Shown here: positions 63,375 to 64,000 of the stretch, piece after piece
Position numbering within the stretch: the stretch's first letter is position 1
Layout: each line of letters begins with the position of its first letter
NCBI RefSeq assembly: GCF_035084215.1
Contig: NW_027139559.1
Span: 2,480,001 to 2,544,000 of the forward strand
Source of the DNA: Heptranchias perlo
Lineage: Eukaryota
DNA: 64,000 nucleotides
Direction: 5' to 3'
Translations under genes and position numbers: made by a program
The notes under the pieces: generated by a model
What the model was told of the DNA's origin: nothing
Databases searched by the model: none
Seen by the model: the letters and a program-made list of their open reading frames with translations, nothing else

Positions 63375-64000
63375 CAATATTTCTGAGTGACTTGGATGAA
63401 GGAATAGGGAGTTGTATATCCAAGTTTGCAAATGACAGTAAGATCGGAGGCACAGTTACCTGTGTGGGTGGGATCAGGAAGTTACAAAGGGACAGAGACA
63501 GATTAAGTGACTCGCAAAACTGTGTTAAATGGAGGTCAATGTGGGGAAGTGTGAGGTAATTCACTTTGGATCCAATCAATCGGAAAATGTTCTCAATGTC
63601 GAGAGATTAGGAACAGTGGAGGAGCAAAGGGATTTGTGTGTCCATGTACACAAATCACTAAAAGCGATTGGACAATAAAAAAGGTCATCAAAAAGGTCAA
63701 AGGGATGTTGACCTTTATTTTAAGGGGACTGGAATATAAAGAGGAGGAAGTTATGCTTCAGTACATCTGTAGAACTGCGTTCAGTTCTGGGCACCGCCCC
63801 TCAGGAAGGATATATCGGCCTTGGAGGGGGTGCAGCGCAGATTACCAGAATCATAACTGGTCTTAAACGTTTAAATTATGAAGACATGTTGCATAAACTC
63901 GGATTCTGTCGCCTTCAGTTTGAATGGTTGATCTGATTGAGGTATTTAAAATGATAAAACGATTCGGAAGAGTAGATACAGAGAAGCTATTTCCTCTGGT
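63375..64000 (+). mobile_element. CR1 RT fragment running off the window
   Basis: Motifs IFLSDLDEG..SKFANDSKIGG and RGLEYK..VMLQ. Confidence 0.85.

Overview
This is vertebrate genomic DNA, almost certainly from a cartilaginous fish (shark-type CR1 LINEs, a DeuSINE/SacSINE1-like SINE, Penelope remnants). More than half of it is nested, decayed CR1 LINE fragments and tandem repeats, which explain most ORFs in the track. Two host genes are supported, arranged tail to tail. (1) The 3' end of an immunoglobulin heavy-chain gene on +: membrane exon TM1 at 4684-4841 and a predicted TM2 (V-N-stop) at 12637-12645; IgNAR is my best guess for the isotype. (2) An intact two-exon GPR139/GPR142-like orphan class A GPCR on -: exon 1 at 50492-50591, exon 2 at 38180-39111, 343 aa. 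There is also a tRNA-Thr(TGT) gene and a degenerate intron-type tRNA-Arg. The most unusual structures are: three tandem promoter/first-exon cassettes upstream of the single GPCR 7TM exon; a TSD-flanked perfect 76-bp palindrome carrying a minimal hammerhead ribozyme; a 1.16-kb foldback next to the GPCR 3' end; a 4.7-kb G-rich satellite that appears to arise from a CR1 3' UTR; and a minisatellite made from a Penelope GIY-YIG coding motif. All calls were made by eye, without database searches, and repeat boundaries are approximate.
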